From NCBI RefSeq assembly GCF_036588685.1, contig NC_086383.1, positions 12,276,001 to 12,340,000 on the forward strand: a stretch of 64,000 nt of DNA. The letters are read 5' to 3'. Below the pieces are notes generated by a model that was given only the letters and a program-made list of their open reading frames with translations, ran no database searches and had not been told where the DNA came from. Source of the DNA: Mytilus trossulus. Its lineage: Eukaryota. Both the position numbers and the translations under genes were made by a program. Every line of letters begins with the position of its first letter. Position 1 is the stretch's first letter. Below are positions 1 through 14,200 of this stretch, one piece after another.

Positions 1-765
1 AGTAAATCAATAAATTGTATCATTAAAATCCTTGAACTATTGACCAACAGGAGAGAGATATGATTTATAAATACCTAGCAGTTAATCAATAAATTGTATT
101 ATTAAAATCCTTGAACTATTGACCAACAGGAGAGTGATATGTTTTATAAATACCTAGCAGTTAATCAATAAATTGTATTATTAAAATCCTTGAACTATTG
201 ACCAACAGGAGAGAGATATGTTTTATAAATACCTAGCAGTTAATCAATAAATTGTATCATTAAAATCCTTGAACTATTGACCATCAGGAAATAGATATGT
301 TTTATAAATACCTAGCAGTAAATCAATAAATTGTATTATTAAAATCCTTGAACTATTGACCAACAGGAGAGAGATATGTTTTATAAATACCTAGCAGTAA
401 ATCAATAAATTGTATCATTAAAATCCTTGAACTATTGACCAACAGGAGAGAGATATGTTTTATAAATACCTAACAGTAAATCAATAAATTGTATTATCAA
501 AATCCTTGACCTATTGACTAACAGGAGAGAGATATTTTTTTTTATAAATACCTATCATTTAAATCAATAAATTGTATTTTTAAAATCCTCGAACTATTGA
601 CCAACAGGAGAAAGATATGTTTGAAAAATACCTAGCATTTAAATCAATAAATTGTCTTTTTAAAATCCTTGAACAATTGACCAACAGGAGAGTGATATGT
701 TTGATAAAACCTCGCAGTAAATCAATACATTGTATTTCAAAATCCTTGAACTATTGACCAACAAG
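1..765. repeat. 79-bp tandem repeat, ~9.7 copies, runs off the window start
   Basis: Unit AGTAAATCAATAAATTGTATCATTAAAATCCTTGAACTATTGACCAACAGGAGAGAGATATG..ATAAATACCTAGC recurs at 1, 80, 159 etc. and degenerates towards 765. Confidence 0.95.
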
Positions 766-2933
766 AAACAATAAACTTCGTTATTCATTTTAGGGACATT
801 ATTTAGTAACACTGACCAAAATCTGACCTCAACTAGGTTTTTAAGCAGATTCCGTTTATCAGATATGACCTGAAGTGACTATTCCGTAAGATCAATAAAA
901 CCAAATATGTTTTTGCTGAACAGAAATCAAGTGATGAAAACTGCTCACATACAAAATGCTAACGTAACCGCCGTAAGTACAGTGGCGTAACTTGATGTAC
1001 TAAATTCAGTGAATGAACGTTTGAGAAGTGTTTTCCTTAGTGCAATAATTAAAGGCCTATCTAAAATTCAAAATATGTTCATGTATAATTGTCTGGATAT
1101 TTAGGGGGGGGGGGGTAATTTAATTATCATGTCCATATTCTAAACTTTTTTTATAAATATAATTTTTCTGGTTTTCCCTGTTATTTATTTATTGTGTCAA
1201 TAATTTTCTGTAATTTATATTTTATCAACTTATTATTCTCATATCTTTATTTTGTAAGCCTCTTGTTATGTTATATTGGTTTATTACTTATATTTTGATT
1301 AAGGTTGGTTGAAAAAGTCAACTTAATTTTTTCCTGTTTTTTTAAAATAATTCAAATTGAAATTAGAAAATGTTTAATTTTATTGCTTGTATTTTGTTTG
1401 TTAGGCGTACAGTCTTTCATTATTCATTAATTTGTTTGCTTATATATTTCAAGAAAACAACAAATAAAACTATAAAAGATATATATTTCATATTGATATA
1501 AAATTTAAGCACATAAATGATTAAACGGATAGTAGCTACGATTTTTATTAAAATATTGTACAAAAAAGTTAGATTAAAACCATTACTGGTTAATTTCCAT
1601 TTAGCATTTATAAGTTTTTTAACGTTAAACACCTAAATTTATTTCTTGTTTATAAACAATAATTCGATGATAAGCCAATCCTTATTCATATAACCTATTT
1701 GACCTTAACATTCAGTTCCCAATGCGGAATAGAACATCGTGCATCGAAGGGATTAGTTACCAAAATACCAGAATTATGATTTAATACGCCAGACGCGCGG
1801 AAAATGTTATCTCGAAAATTGTTATCTCGAAAATTGTACGTGAATTGACAGTTTTTGCGAAAAAAAAAAAAAGAGGTGCCGACAAGGTTTTGTAAATTAG
1901 AAATAAAAAAAAACGACGATGAGATCGGTCAGTAAAATTACTCTGAATTCCTGCACTCTGGCAAAGTCAAACAGAACTAGCCGATGGTTTGCGTAATGTT
2001 TACATTTCGTAAATACATGTATTCCAAATGACGTGAAACTCAATCGCAACGTGTCCATTATTGTCAAAAATATGCTTATAAATTTACAAGCAGTGATCTC
2101 CCACCTTTGAAGAAATTAGAAATCAACTTCCTACAATTTAGTATTATTCTTCAAATGTATCCTTCATGGAGGCCCCGATTCAACGCACAAACACGTGTAT
2201 ACATTATCGGCATGGGTGGGTCATACAAATTTAATAACACGTGTATAATATCGCCATTGTTGAAGAATCTTGGATTGGAATAATATGCCTGATTTTTTGT
2301 ATATATTTGATTTTACATAATTCGATAAATGGCGTCAAATATGTACGTTTGATATAAAGAAATTATTAAATACGTAAGAAAAGATAAAGCACATGTTCAT
2401 ATCTATTTATATCTTGGTTAGCTCACTCGCTATGTCGGCAAAGGTCGGAAAGTAAACCCGATGCATAATTAATAAGACGAAAAGTCACGCACCACGATAT
2501 GAATTATCAATTATTAACACTTCTGTAGTTAATGAAAACGTTCTAGCGATCTTATTGCTTATTTTTAGTACATATCTTTGATTTCAGCAGCTTTAAAACT
2601 TGTCCATAATTTTGTCAAAGTAGTAGTAACTATCATTTTACATAAGGAAGGATTTATAATTGATTTATAAAATTATAATAACTCAAAGAATCTCAAAATA
2701 TTTACAAAAACAATTTTAAAAAAAATTTCCCAAAATATATATTTACCATATGAGTGAATTTCTACTTACAAATGGCATTTTGCCAATATAGTGGATAGAC
2801 TGTCACTCTTTATACCAGGGATTGCTTTTACAACGAAGGATTTTGTGTTCTATGCAAAATCTATAGAAGATAGAGAGAACGTAAAAAGCACATAAGTCAA
2901 TAGTTATCAAAAGTACCCGGATTATAATTTAGT

Positions 2934-2977
2934 ACGCCAGACGCGCGTTTCGTCTACATAAGACTCATCAATGACGC
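2934..2977 (-). ncRNA. Minimal type I hammerhead ribozyme, variant core (UUGAUGA), within a retrozyme-like repeat (~2900-3072)
   Basis: Reverse complement is GCGTCA-TTGATGA-GTCT-TATGT-AGAC-GAAA-CGCGCGTC-TGGCGT; C3 is changed to U. Confidence 0.75.
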
Positions 2978-3243
2978 TCATATCAAAATAGTTAGGAAGC
3001 CAAACAAGTACAAAGTTGAAGAGCATTGAGGATCCAAAATTCTAAAAAGTTGTGCAAATACTGCTAAGGTAACAAAAAGAGATTTCTGTCATGAATTATA
3101 TTCTCGTCTACAATGTTGGAGAGTGTTCTTTGTTGCATATGCATATAGACCATATAGTTAAACCGCCAAGGCTCTTTATGGTTTCTAAATGGAACAATAT
3201 GTGTAATAAATAAAATAACATTTAGCGGAGAGGATGAAAGTAT

Positions 3244-3740
3244 ATAAATAACACACAGCTGAGTGGGTGATAAAGCAGATCGGTCCCCGAGAAAACATTG
3301 TCAACAGCGGCGAAGCCAAGGTTAACAATGCATTTTCGAGGGGTACCAATCTATTCTATCACCCTCTCAGCTATGTGTTATTCAAATTATTATACTGAAG
3401 GTCCTATCATTATTGTCTTTTAAAGATGAATTGTATTCAAAAGTATTTCCAATGACGTCATATGCATACCAATGTTATGGAGATTAAAAGTGAAACAAGA
3501 AGTTTAATTCTTAACTTTTTACAGTCAAATTAAAAAATCTGTGCCAAAACCTTGAACTTAAGAATTGTCTTTGATAACCTAATGTAATTCAAATCATTAT
3601 TCTTTAAATTATCGATGTTTGATTAGTCTAAACGAGAGGGTGACATCCCCCCCCAAACAAATGTCACCCGCTCAGCCATGTGATAGAGTAAATCAACACC
3701 CTCGTATAAGCCAATCAAAATATTTAATTTTAGTATAATG
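3244..3740. mobile_element. Non-autonomous element with a long 5' palindrome (possibly Crypton-like)
   Basis: Imperfect inverted arms ATAACACACAGCTGAG..GGTGATA / TATCACC..CTCAGCTATGTGTTAT (3244-3392) surround a GGCGAAGCC loop. An internal TGACGTCA and a second small hairpin (GGGTGACAT..ATGTCACCC) follow. Family assignment is inference. Confidence 0.45.
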
Positions 3741-3978
3741 AAAAAGATTTTAACCCTATAAAAAACGTTGTCAATCTCGGGTAGCCTAAACCCAGGTTCA
3801 ATGCACCATTTTCTACATGTCTGTACAAAGTCAGGAACATGACATTTGGTATCCATTATATACTGAGCAACACTTTTTTTTCAATTTTTTTTATGTTGTT
3901 TCTGTATGTTTTTTTTGGCACCAACGTTAAGAAACACACCATTGGTAAGAAAAACACATACAAAATTTGAAAAAAAGC

Positions 3979-4235
3979 ATGGGGTGTCAACCAGGCCTCT
4001 CCGATAATCACCGTCAGACAGCTCTTGGAATGGTTGACGCCGACATGAGTGTTGCTGACATCGTGGCCCAATTTAATGTGCATAAGTCAACAGTTTAGAG
4101 ACTAACAAACATATATTAACATATTGCAATAGCACAGGACAGGTCAAAATGTCGTTAACCAAAAACAACAATCGACGATGGAGGAGCGTTACCTTCGATT
4201 TACGTCAATACTTAACAAGTTTTTTCCGGCTACAA
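3979..4235 (+). pseudogene. Tc1/mariner transposase N-terminal HTH remnant
   Basis: Translates as MGCQPGLSDNHRQTALGMVDADMSVADIVAQFNVHKSTV*RL...EERYLRFTSILNKFFPAT, resembling the Tc1 paired-like HTH region. It contains stops and a frameshift. Confidence 0.65.
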
Positions 4236-4726
4236 TATTAGTGCATTCCAATTCTTCATTGATGCACTTAGAGCATGGCCAGGAAATTGATTTTGAATAC
4301 CACTATACTCATTTTCGCATTTTGACCCTCCCGCGATCAAATACAAAAAATATTCTAATGAATGAGTGTTAAACATTCATGTTTCTTATGACATGTCATT
4401 ATTCCATATTTTTATCATCAAAATTATATCTTGTTATGATTTTGGAATAAAATAAAATTTCATTTTTTTGTAGCTTTTTTTTTTTTTGGCTCAGTATAAT
4501 TATATTACAAAGCGGATATTTTAATGTTATACATATATACTGAGAAAATTTCCTTATCGATACATATCGAAATACGAATATGATTAAACATTGGGAGATG
4601 AAGGAAAATTCCGGTTTCAAGAGAAAGCTGCTTTGTTAATTTCCGAGGGTTAAATTCAGTTATCAATATCAAATGTTTATTGATTTAAAGATTGGAGTTT
4701 AGATTGGAAGAGAATAAAACGTGTAT

Positions 4727-5045
4727 ATGATGGCCAAATAATGTGTAAACCTTGATGGCAATACATGTTTATCAGAAACAATTGTCCATAAAAACCAAAC
4801 GTATGAACCTTTATTGCCAGATACCTTGTTAATACCGAACAGAAATTATGATATCTTGCAAAACGTTCAAAATGCGAACAACACTTATATAAACATGACC
4901 AGGGGAAGAATAGAACAAAGGGATTGTTCTAAGGAGCACAATCAAACTTCTGAAAGATTTACTTGTTTTGCAATAACCCAGCGAAAGTTGAACACGATTA
5001 TTCTTATATCAAAATTTAAACTCAGAAGTCTTTTAACTTTGATAT
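4727..5045 (+). pseudogene. Disabled 5' part of the paralogue A cytoplasmic-tail exon
   Basis: Colinear with 35861-36181. It reads ATG ATG GCC AAA TAA (TCA>TAA at 4739), with a 1-nt deletion near 4971, an in-frame TAA near 5017 and a 2-nt insertion near 5047. Confidence 0.85.
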
Positions 5046-5271
5046 ATGTATGAGAGTATAGACGATCAAGAACTGAACCCTTCTCGTCGCGCCTCAACAC
5101 ATTTGACCAGCAGTTGTAGCAAATGTTTTACTTACAAAGGTCGACCAGGAAAATGTTTGGCTTGTTTCATATTTGTGTTTCTTTTGGCTGGTGTCATAGC
5201 CGGCATGAGTGTGTTTCTGTCACTGAAAAACAATTCGCAAGATCCCGACAACCAAAACACTCTGGCTCAAG
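5046..5271 (+). CDS. Paralogue A exon: YESI motif plus TM helix
   Basis: MYESIDDQ...KGRPGKCLACFIFVFLLAGVIAGMSVFLSLKNN...LAQG. Basic residues precede the hydrophobic helix (type II topology). Donor G|GTATTT, phase 1. Confidence 0.8.
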
Positions 5272-8200
5272 GTATTTATCAATAATTATTAATGTATTAC
5301 TCATTCTCTACTTACATACCTATTTATAGATCTTAAGAGAAAATTATTCCAAAAACAATCTATAATTGTCCTTTCGCACTACTAGAAGGCATTACAATTC
5401 AAAAACAGTCCTCCTTAAAAAAAAATAATCAAAAGAAAACCTACATTACTTGAAAAATAAAAACAATTTACATGATTGCTAAATGCAGAATGATTCTCTT
5501 TCTTCGTATATACCCTTGCGCTTTTTGGAGTAACTATTCACCATACAGAGTCGGCATCTAAATACGTCTTCAGAACACATTATTTTGATATTATTTTTCT
5601 TTGTATTTCACATTGAATTTCATTATTAAACATTTAAACAAAACCAAGTCTTTCTGAGCAGAACAATTTCTACAGGAATCTTGCTGTGTTAACTTTGTAT
5701 TTATTAAATCACCAAAGGAAAATGTAATAACTATATCGAATTAATGAATCAACCCCTTTTCTAAATTAGCAAAATAATATTTGTACGAATTTGACCCCCC
5801 TCCCCCCCCCCCCCGGAGATATATATATATATATATATTCCATTCTCAATTTTATATAGTTTTACAATATAATACAGATAGACAAACTACCAGGGACTAA
5901 ACTGTATTTATATTTTACAGTCAATTAAATATTCCTCTTTATATAAGGTACACAATGATTTAACCATATACTTATAGGAGTCTTAATGATAAACAAAATA
6001 TAGGATTTGCCCAGAAAATAATTAGAAATGAAGGAAGAAGATACAATCGGGTTTCGTTTACATTCATCGCTTTGTCAATTCTAGGAAAACGAAGTGTATC
6101 CTGTTGTTTTAATTACTTTGACCCTTATTTATGGTTAAAGTCATATGAAACGAGTGCGTGCTGAAAAATAATGTTTATCCAATTCTTGAACCAATGCATG
6201 TATATATCATAAACTTAGTCCTCTGTACATGTTAATATCATTTTTTTACTCAAATATATCGTATAATCGTCAATTATTTTTTCTCTCTGTCTGTTATGAT
6301 TTAACAAATATGGCTGCTCATTAAATTCCGGGTTTTGAAGCCGAAGTTTACCGATTGTCACCTTATAAAAAACAAATAACAAAAAGCATGGGTATTGAGC
6401 GCGTGTTCAACATGTACAATCAGGTAATAGATTATTTTAATGACAGATTCATGCGTATTGCGATCACCGGATTTTTTGACGAGGAGGTTTACGCTCAGGT
6501 CACTATGCATACGGAAAATATGTCCGCGAATTGCTTCCTGGAAGCAAGCAATTAGAAATAAGTAAACTTCTTCTAAATGTGGACAAATTCAAGAATTTTC
6601 CTCAGAAAAAGGTATATGTGTTACCTATTTGTTTTTTTTCTTTCATTTTGTTACATAAATAAGGCCGTTAGTTTTCTCGTTTGAATTGTTTTACATTGTC
6701 TTATCGGGGCCTTTTATAGCTGATTATGCGGTATGGGCTTTGCTCATTGTTAAAGGCCGTACGGTGACCTATAGTTGTTAATGTGTGTGTCATTTTGGTC
6801 TTTTGTGGATAGTTGTCTCGTTGGCAATCATACCACATCTTCCTTTTTATATGTACATAAGTTGTTTAATGAAAACTATCCATTAAGTTATAAAAAAACA
6901 TATACATATATTTTTTTTTAATTTGAGGTTGCATATGACTTTAACAACTTTTGACCGTGGTGAGATTCATTCAACAGGACGTAGGAGAGTTTCTTTTTTA
7001 ATGTAAATTGTGACAAAATTACTATAAAAGAGGGACGAAAGATACCAAAGGGACAGTCAAACTCGTAAATCTAAAACAAACTGACAACGCCATGGCTAAA
7101 AATGAAAAAGACAAACAGAAAAACAATAGTACACATGACACAACATAGAAAACTAAAGAATAAACAACACAAACCCCACCAAAAACTAGGGGTGATCTCA
7201 GGTGCTCCGGAAGGGTAAGCAGATCCTGCTCCACATGCAGCACCCGTCGTGTGGCTTATGTGATTACAAATCCGGTAAATAGTCTTATTCGGTAGGTCAA
7301 ATTCATGAAAGGGAAGGGGATTGTAGTTACGACGTAAGGAACATATCCGATATCATTTGTGAAACGGTTATTACATAACGGTCAACCAACTCGTGATGGC
7401 GTCCGTAAAATTTACGAAGGGATGATTTCAACTTCACCATTTGGAAGTATGGACGACCTGTTGACGATAACAAATACTTAGGTAATAAGTGATATTTTCT
7501 TATCAACACTTAGCTTTTTAATAAATTAAGGTGTTTCCTTAAATTTTTATTCTGTTAAATCATTTAAAGATTCTTTAAGTAATATGAAATAAGTGAGTGG
7601 TGGAAAAAAATGTTTATCCAATTCTTGAACCAATGCATGTATTTATCATAAACTTAGTCCTCTGTGCACGATTTTTACCTTTACGCAAATATATCGTATA
7701 AACGTCGTTTTTTTTTCTCTCTAAGGTCCATTCAATAAAAAAAAGGTTGTTATAATGATATAGCATGTCGTAATTTCGACATTAGATGTCGTTTTAACGA
7801 CATTGTTTTGTCGTAAGAACGACAGGTTGTGTCGAAATACCGACACGTTGTGTTGAAATACCGACATCGCTATATCATTATAACAATCTTAGCCTTGTTA
7901 CTTTGTGAGCATTAAACATGTTAAAACAATATTGGAAACAACATTTTCATTTTTATTTTAAGAATCAATCATAAAAATCAAATCAAACTTGATATACGTA
8001 TACACTATAAGGTCCTATTCAAGTGTTGTAACTTATAGTTTCAAATTGGTTAAAACATGACCGCCAAGGCACTTTAAAAATGTTCAAAATATTCTTCTCA
8101 AGAACACTAAGATGACTGAGTTTAAACTTTGTATAAATATACATTGTGTACCTAGTATCCGACGATGTCTTTAAAAAGAGCTGTTGCGTTTGACATGATC

Positions 8201-11200
8201 CGAAGTTAAATATGGCGGCCAGTGAGGACAAAGTTTGTATCAAAACCTTATTGTAAACATATTCATTTTCTTTTTGAGAATGATAAACTCTGAATTCAGC
8301 CTCTATAATATTTGGCATGTTTGTGATTTGTCAATTTGTGTATTGATGTTTTGTAACTTGTCGATTCGTTAAATGTCGATTTGTAAATTGTCTATTTGTA
8401 TATTGATGTTTTTAACATGTCGATTTGTTAATTTTCAAGGTATATACGTGTAGTATACAATAGTTAACAAGGTATATACGTGTAGTATACAATAGTTAAC
8501 AAGGTATATACGTGTAGTATACAATAGTTAACAAGGTATATACGTGAAGTATACGATAGTAAACAAGGTATATACGTGTAGTATACAATAGTTAACAAGG
8601 TATATACGTGTAGTATACAATAGTAAACAAGGTATATAGGTGTAGTATACAATAGTAAACAAGGTATATAGGTGTAGTATACAATAGTAAACAAGGTGTA
8701 TACGTGTAGTATACAATAGTTAACAAGGTATATATGTGTAGTATACAATAGTAAACAAGGTATATACGTGTAGTATACATTAGTAAACAAGGTATATACG
8801 TGTAGTTTACAATAGTAAACAAGGTATATACGTGTAGTATACAATAGTAAACAAGGTATTTACGTGTAGTTTACAATAGTAAACAAGGTATATACGTAAA
8901 GTATACAATAGTACTCATTACCTCGATTGGCACTCTTGCTTTATAAGATTTGAACACAAAAGTTGATAGTAAATCAACTAATCATAGATACCAGGACTGA
9001 ATTTTGTATTTACGCCAGACGCGCGTTTCGTCTACAAAAGACTCATCAGTGACGCTCGAATCCCAAAAAGTTAAAAAGGCCAAATAAAGTACGAAGTTGA
9101 ACAGCATTGAGGACCAAAATTCCTAAAAGTATTGCCAAATACAGCTAAGGTAATCAATGCCTGAGGTAGAAAAACCTTAGCTGGTGATACCCTAGATATA
9201 AATAATTACTGTGATTATCACGAAAGTACAGGTAAACATATGCACAAGTGCACCTGTTTTTCTATTCTTTTCCTTTTGGAGAAACAGATTTTAATTATCG
9301 AGGTAGCTATTACTCGATTTATTTCACTTGACTGGGCGGAGTTTAACCGGTTCGCTCAAAATAAACCAGTCCATCTATAGATAGGTGTATTAGGATAAAC
9401 TCATCAATAAAGTGTCCAGTAATTCTGTTGTAAATTCCTTTGATGACACTGATAGGTGATTAGAAATCAGTAATAATTATAACGGCAATCATCCTTATCA
9501 CACACATCTTCAAATAGACTGTCCTTATGGAAATTAAAACTTAGCTCCGCCCGAACAGTTGAAATAACATTGGTAATACGAGCAAAAACGCATTTAGCAT
9601 TTTATTTTCATCGACACAATTGTCCTCTTGATTGATAATGATTACAATAGGTATTAACAGCTACTTTATTTCCTCCATAAACAGTAGTTTGTATCATGGG
9701 TGTTTTCTCTCTCAATCGATTTATGTCTTTTGAACAGCGATATACTACTGTTGTCTTTATTTAACTAAATAAAACACAAATAGTATAATAGACATATAAT
9801 AGTTGATTATTATTACCATGAAATAAATGAGACATCGTCCGAAACAATAACTGTTATCCCTGTACTCTTTAATTTTGAACGGAAATATAACTTTAATATT
9901 AGTATTAAGCATGCTTTGAACTGTATCGAAAAATTATCATGCAATTGTTCCTTGATGATATATTCTTTTACTTTTAAAAACTCCATGTTCTAGAGAACCT
10001 TGCCTCTACAATGGAACTTGCACTGAACTTGGTAATTTACCAACATGTGCTTGTAGTGATGGATACAATGGATCAAGATGTGAAGGTTATTGATTGAATT
10101 GAATATTGATTTTGTTATCAGTAAATTAAAAGTAACTAATAATTACTAGTATGTTATATACATATACATATTCATAGATCTACAATCTGTCGATACCTGT
10201 AACTTGGCATTGCACAAGCTCATGTTTTTTCTGGCTGTTTATGACGTCTTTACATTAAATCTATTGGATATTGGATGTATACGGATTGATTGTTTAGTCT
10301 TAGATGCATGATGTTTTTATAAGTTGTTTGTGGCTTTGAACTAGCTGTCAGATAACTGTAAGTACTCTCAGATCTGTTCATTGTGTCTTTTTGTGTCTAG
10401 ATGTATAAGTACCCGGCCACGTCTAACTGTATTTTTGTCCATGTGATGAGTTAAGCCTTTTTCAACTGATTTGTATAGTTCGCTCTTATATTGTACTGTT
10501 ATGCCGTTGTCCCAGGTTAGGGGAAGGGTTAAGATCCCGCTAACATGTTTTACCCCGCCACATTATTTTGTATGTGCCTGTCCCAAGTCAAGCCTGTAAT
10601 TCAGTGGTTGTCGTTTACATATTTGTTTTTCGTTCATATATTTTTATATAAATAAGGTCGCTAGTTTTCTCGTTTATTTTTGGAACATTTTTATATTTTT
10701 ACAATGTCTTATCGGAGTCTTTTATAGCTGACTATCACTACTGGACGTAAAAACAACTGTCCAAACCAGTAACAGTCGTTGTACGACTGTCTTAGTCTGT
10801 AAAAGACAAATAATGACTGTCGAATCTGTCATATTTCGTTACAACAGTTCATGCATGTCTGTCCCAACTTTTCTACGGGTTGTGAAAGTAAAAAAATGAT
10901 ACCATCAGGCATTTCAGAACTGTTGCAGTGGTTAACGGTGTTGTCACAGTCAAAATCTATTTATAACAGTCTTTCTAATAATTGTGGCAGTTGCATAATG
11001 TCCGTCCCAACCTTGGGAGGGACAGTTAAAATTTGTTTGTGTCAACTTTTCAGACGTTGATGCAGTCAAAAAAAGTTTGTCACAACGTTTTTAGAGTTGA
11101 GACAGCCGTTAAATGTGTGTTACAACTTTTTAATGGTCGGCACAGTCATTAAATGTTTATTAAAATTTATAAAAGGTTTACCCAGTCGTTAAATGTTTTA

Positions 11201-14200
11201 AACAAACACTTCATAGGTTGATACAGTCGGTAAATGTTTGTATACAAATATTTTAGCGTAACGGTAATCCGTCAGTTTAAAAAAACCACGTCTTACCCTG
11301 CTCTCAAGATTTGATTTTCTTGTGAAATAGTCCATTACTTTTACTATTATCGTCTATTGTGCGATTGTAAACTTGTTTGCTGTTTATTCGTTTATTTTGC
11401 GATCGTTGTTTGTCTTTTGTCGTTTTCCATTTATTGCCGTAGCATTGTCCGTTCATTTTTTACAGTCATGTACGTTTGACTTTAAATAATCCTTTTGATA
11501 TCCTTACTTTTTTTTATAATTATCTGTTTTATAACATTTTTGTTCATAACTGGTTTCAAAAACCAGAAGCTTTCGTTTAAAATAGAGTTTTAATATTATT
11601 GCAGAAGAATGAGAAGATGATAATGGATTCATTCAAATTTATATTTGAAAAAGTTTTGATAAATTCTGCGCAATACACCTTTTCGCTATTACCCTACTTG
11701 GCCGGCCGACCCGGCCGTTTGACCTTTTGACGCACACAACAATCACTTTTCCATTGTGGCGTCAGATGTTTTGTTGTATGACGTCAAAATTTTACGGGAA
11801 CATGTATGATATCCAGTAATGGCGGACAAATAGCGATAAGGTGTATAGAAAAATGTACAAGGGTGTACCTGAAATAAATTTAAAGATTATGACTAAGTTA
11901 CCCATATTGTACAGCAAAATAAAACAGTTTTAATTCGAATTACACCCGAGGGATATTTCCGACGATTAAAAAAATATTTAGTAAAATCTGTCAAGTTTCA
12001 TTAAAAAACGGAAAACAATTCTTCACCGTAAACGATTTACTCTCTTTAATTTTGTGTCGGCAAAATAACCCTGACCTCAGGTCGACAAACTTTATTTTTA
12101 CACAAGTACCTACAGATGTTAGACCACATGTTTAATAACCTGAGCTGGAAATTACAATCGGTGAGTAGAAATAATCAATATTTTAAAGCATGTCTATCGA
12201 ATAATCATGGATTCATAATTTTGAAGGGAAAATGTGCACATTTGTCGGCTTACAGACCTTACAATTTGTTCTCATTGGTGGATCTAGGGGGAGGGTTCCG
12301 AGGGTTGGAACATCCCCTTTTTGTCCTGGGTTGGAACCCCCCCCCCCTTTTAAAATGGCTGGATCCGCCACTGATCCTCCGGAATCTATATTGAGGTACT
12401 CTGATAGATTTACAAATAAAAGTTCACATATGGTCAGTTTTGGTCAACGCGGTCAAATGATTTTGTTGTACAAGTCAGCTTGAGGTATGAATACTACTGA
12501 AATTTTGTTACGTATCAATATTTTGAATTAAAGGAGGACATGCTGGTATCCTAAATTTATGCGAACAAAACTTTGTTGTTATTATATTGCAATATTGCTA
12601 TCAATTATAATTGTACATTGAATCCCAACATTAAAAATATGGCTGATTAACTATGCGGGTATATAACTTTACAATTTAAAGTTCACATACGGTCAGTTTT
12701 GGTCAATAGGGTCAAATAATTTTGTTGTACAAGTAAGCTTGAGGTATGAAAACTACTGAAAATTTGTTACGTATCAGTATTTTGAGTAAAAAGAGGACAA
12801 GCTGGCACCCTAAATTTATGCGAACAAAAATTTGTTCTTATTATATTGGAATATTGCTGTTCATTGTATAATACATTGAATCCTGACAAAAAAAAAATAT
12901 GGCTGATTTACTATGCGGGTATATAGATTTACAAATTAAAGTGCACATATGGTCAGTTTTGGGCAATGTGGTCAAAATTTGTTGTTCAAGTCAGCATGAG
13001 GTATTAAAACTACTGAAATTTTGTTACGTATCATTATTTTGAGTAAAAAGAGGACATGCTGGCACCCTAAATTTATGCGAACAAAAATTTGTTCTTATTA
13101 TACTGTTATATTGCTGTCCATTGTATTATACATTGAATCCTGACATAAAAAAAATATGGCTGATTTACTATGCGGGTATATAGATTTACAAATTAATGTG
13201 CACATATGGTCAGTTTTGGTCAATGCGGTCAAATAATTTTGATGTACAAATCAGCGTGAGGTATTAAAACTACTGAAATTTTGTTACGTATCAATGTTTT
13301 GAATAAAAGGATGACATGCTGGCACCCGACATTTATGCGAACAAAAAAGTGTAGTCATGTGTTTAAATGAATTAAACTATTGCAGATTGTCACTGCATAG
13401 TTCAAGAATGTATTACTAACAAGGACGTATACAACTAACATCAAATATACTTCTTTCCAAAGAATAAAATGCAAATATGGTTGAATTTGATAGGTATTGG
13501 AATATATATATTTAGTGCCCGTTATCATTGTAACCGAGATCGTTTTTATAATTGATTGATAGTCAGGTCACAGATAAATTTGTGTTACAAGCAAGTTTTA
13601 TGCGTACGTTATTTTCAACTAATTGGTTTTGTATTTAATACTGTTTATAAAACGGAAGAATGAATTTTACTTTATTTTCGATGTTTACACTACGAAACAA
13701 AGATATTAAAAATATTTTTAAAAAATCGTTTAGAGCGGTCCTGGTTACAAGTTATCTTAGTGTTGAGCAGACCAGTCAAAAGTTAACTTGGGAACAGGTC
13801 TGGTTTGATCGGATTTGTCAAAGCAAAAGTTAACTTATGTTAACTTTGTGGCAGGACTGGTTTCGAAGTTAACTTATGTTAACTTTGTGGCAGGACTGGT
13901 TTCGAAGTTAACTTATGTTAACTTTATGACAGGACTGGTTCCGAAGTTAACTTTATGACAGGACTGGTCCCGAAGTTAACTTATATCAATAGCGGACTTG
14001 TTTTCAAATTTACTTTTTGGCAGACATAAAAACAGTCCTAGGACCAAGTCCGCTAACTAGATTTTGGTCCTAGGACTGGTCAGAGCAGTCCTAATTTCGA
14101 TCACAGGTTAACTTTGACCAGTCAAAATGACTGGTTATCAAGTTAACTTGCTGTACAGGTTATGTCTGCATCCATCTGTATATAGATATGAATCGACGTT

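Noticed and set aside
1-765. Possible CRISPR array
   Set aside because: The whole 79-bp unit repeats; there are no variable spacers.
8464-8844. Three minus-strand ORFs rich in Y/T/C
   Set aside because: Translations of the 32-bp minisatellite.
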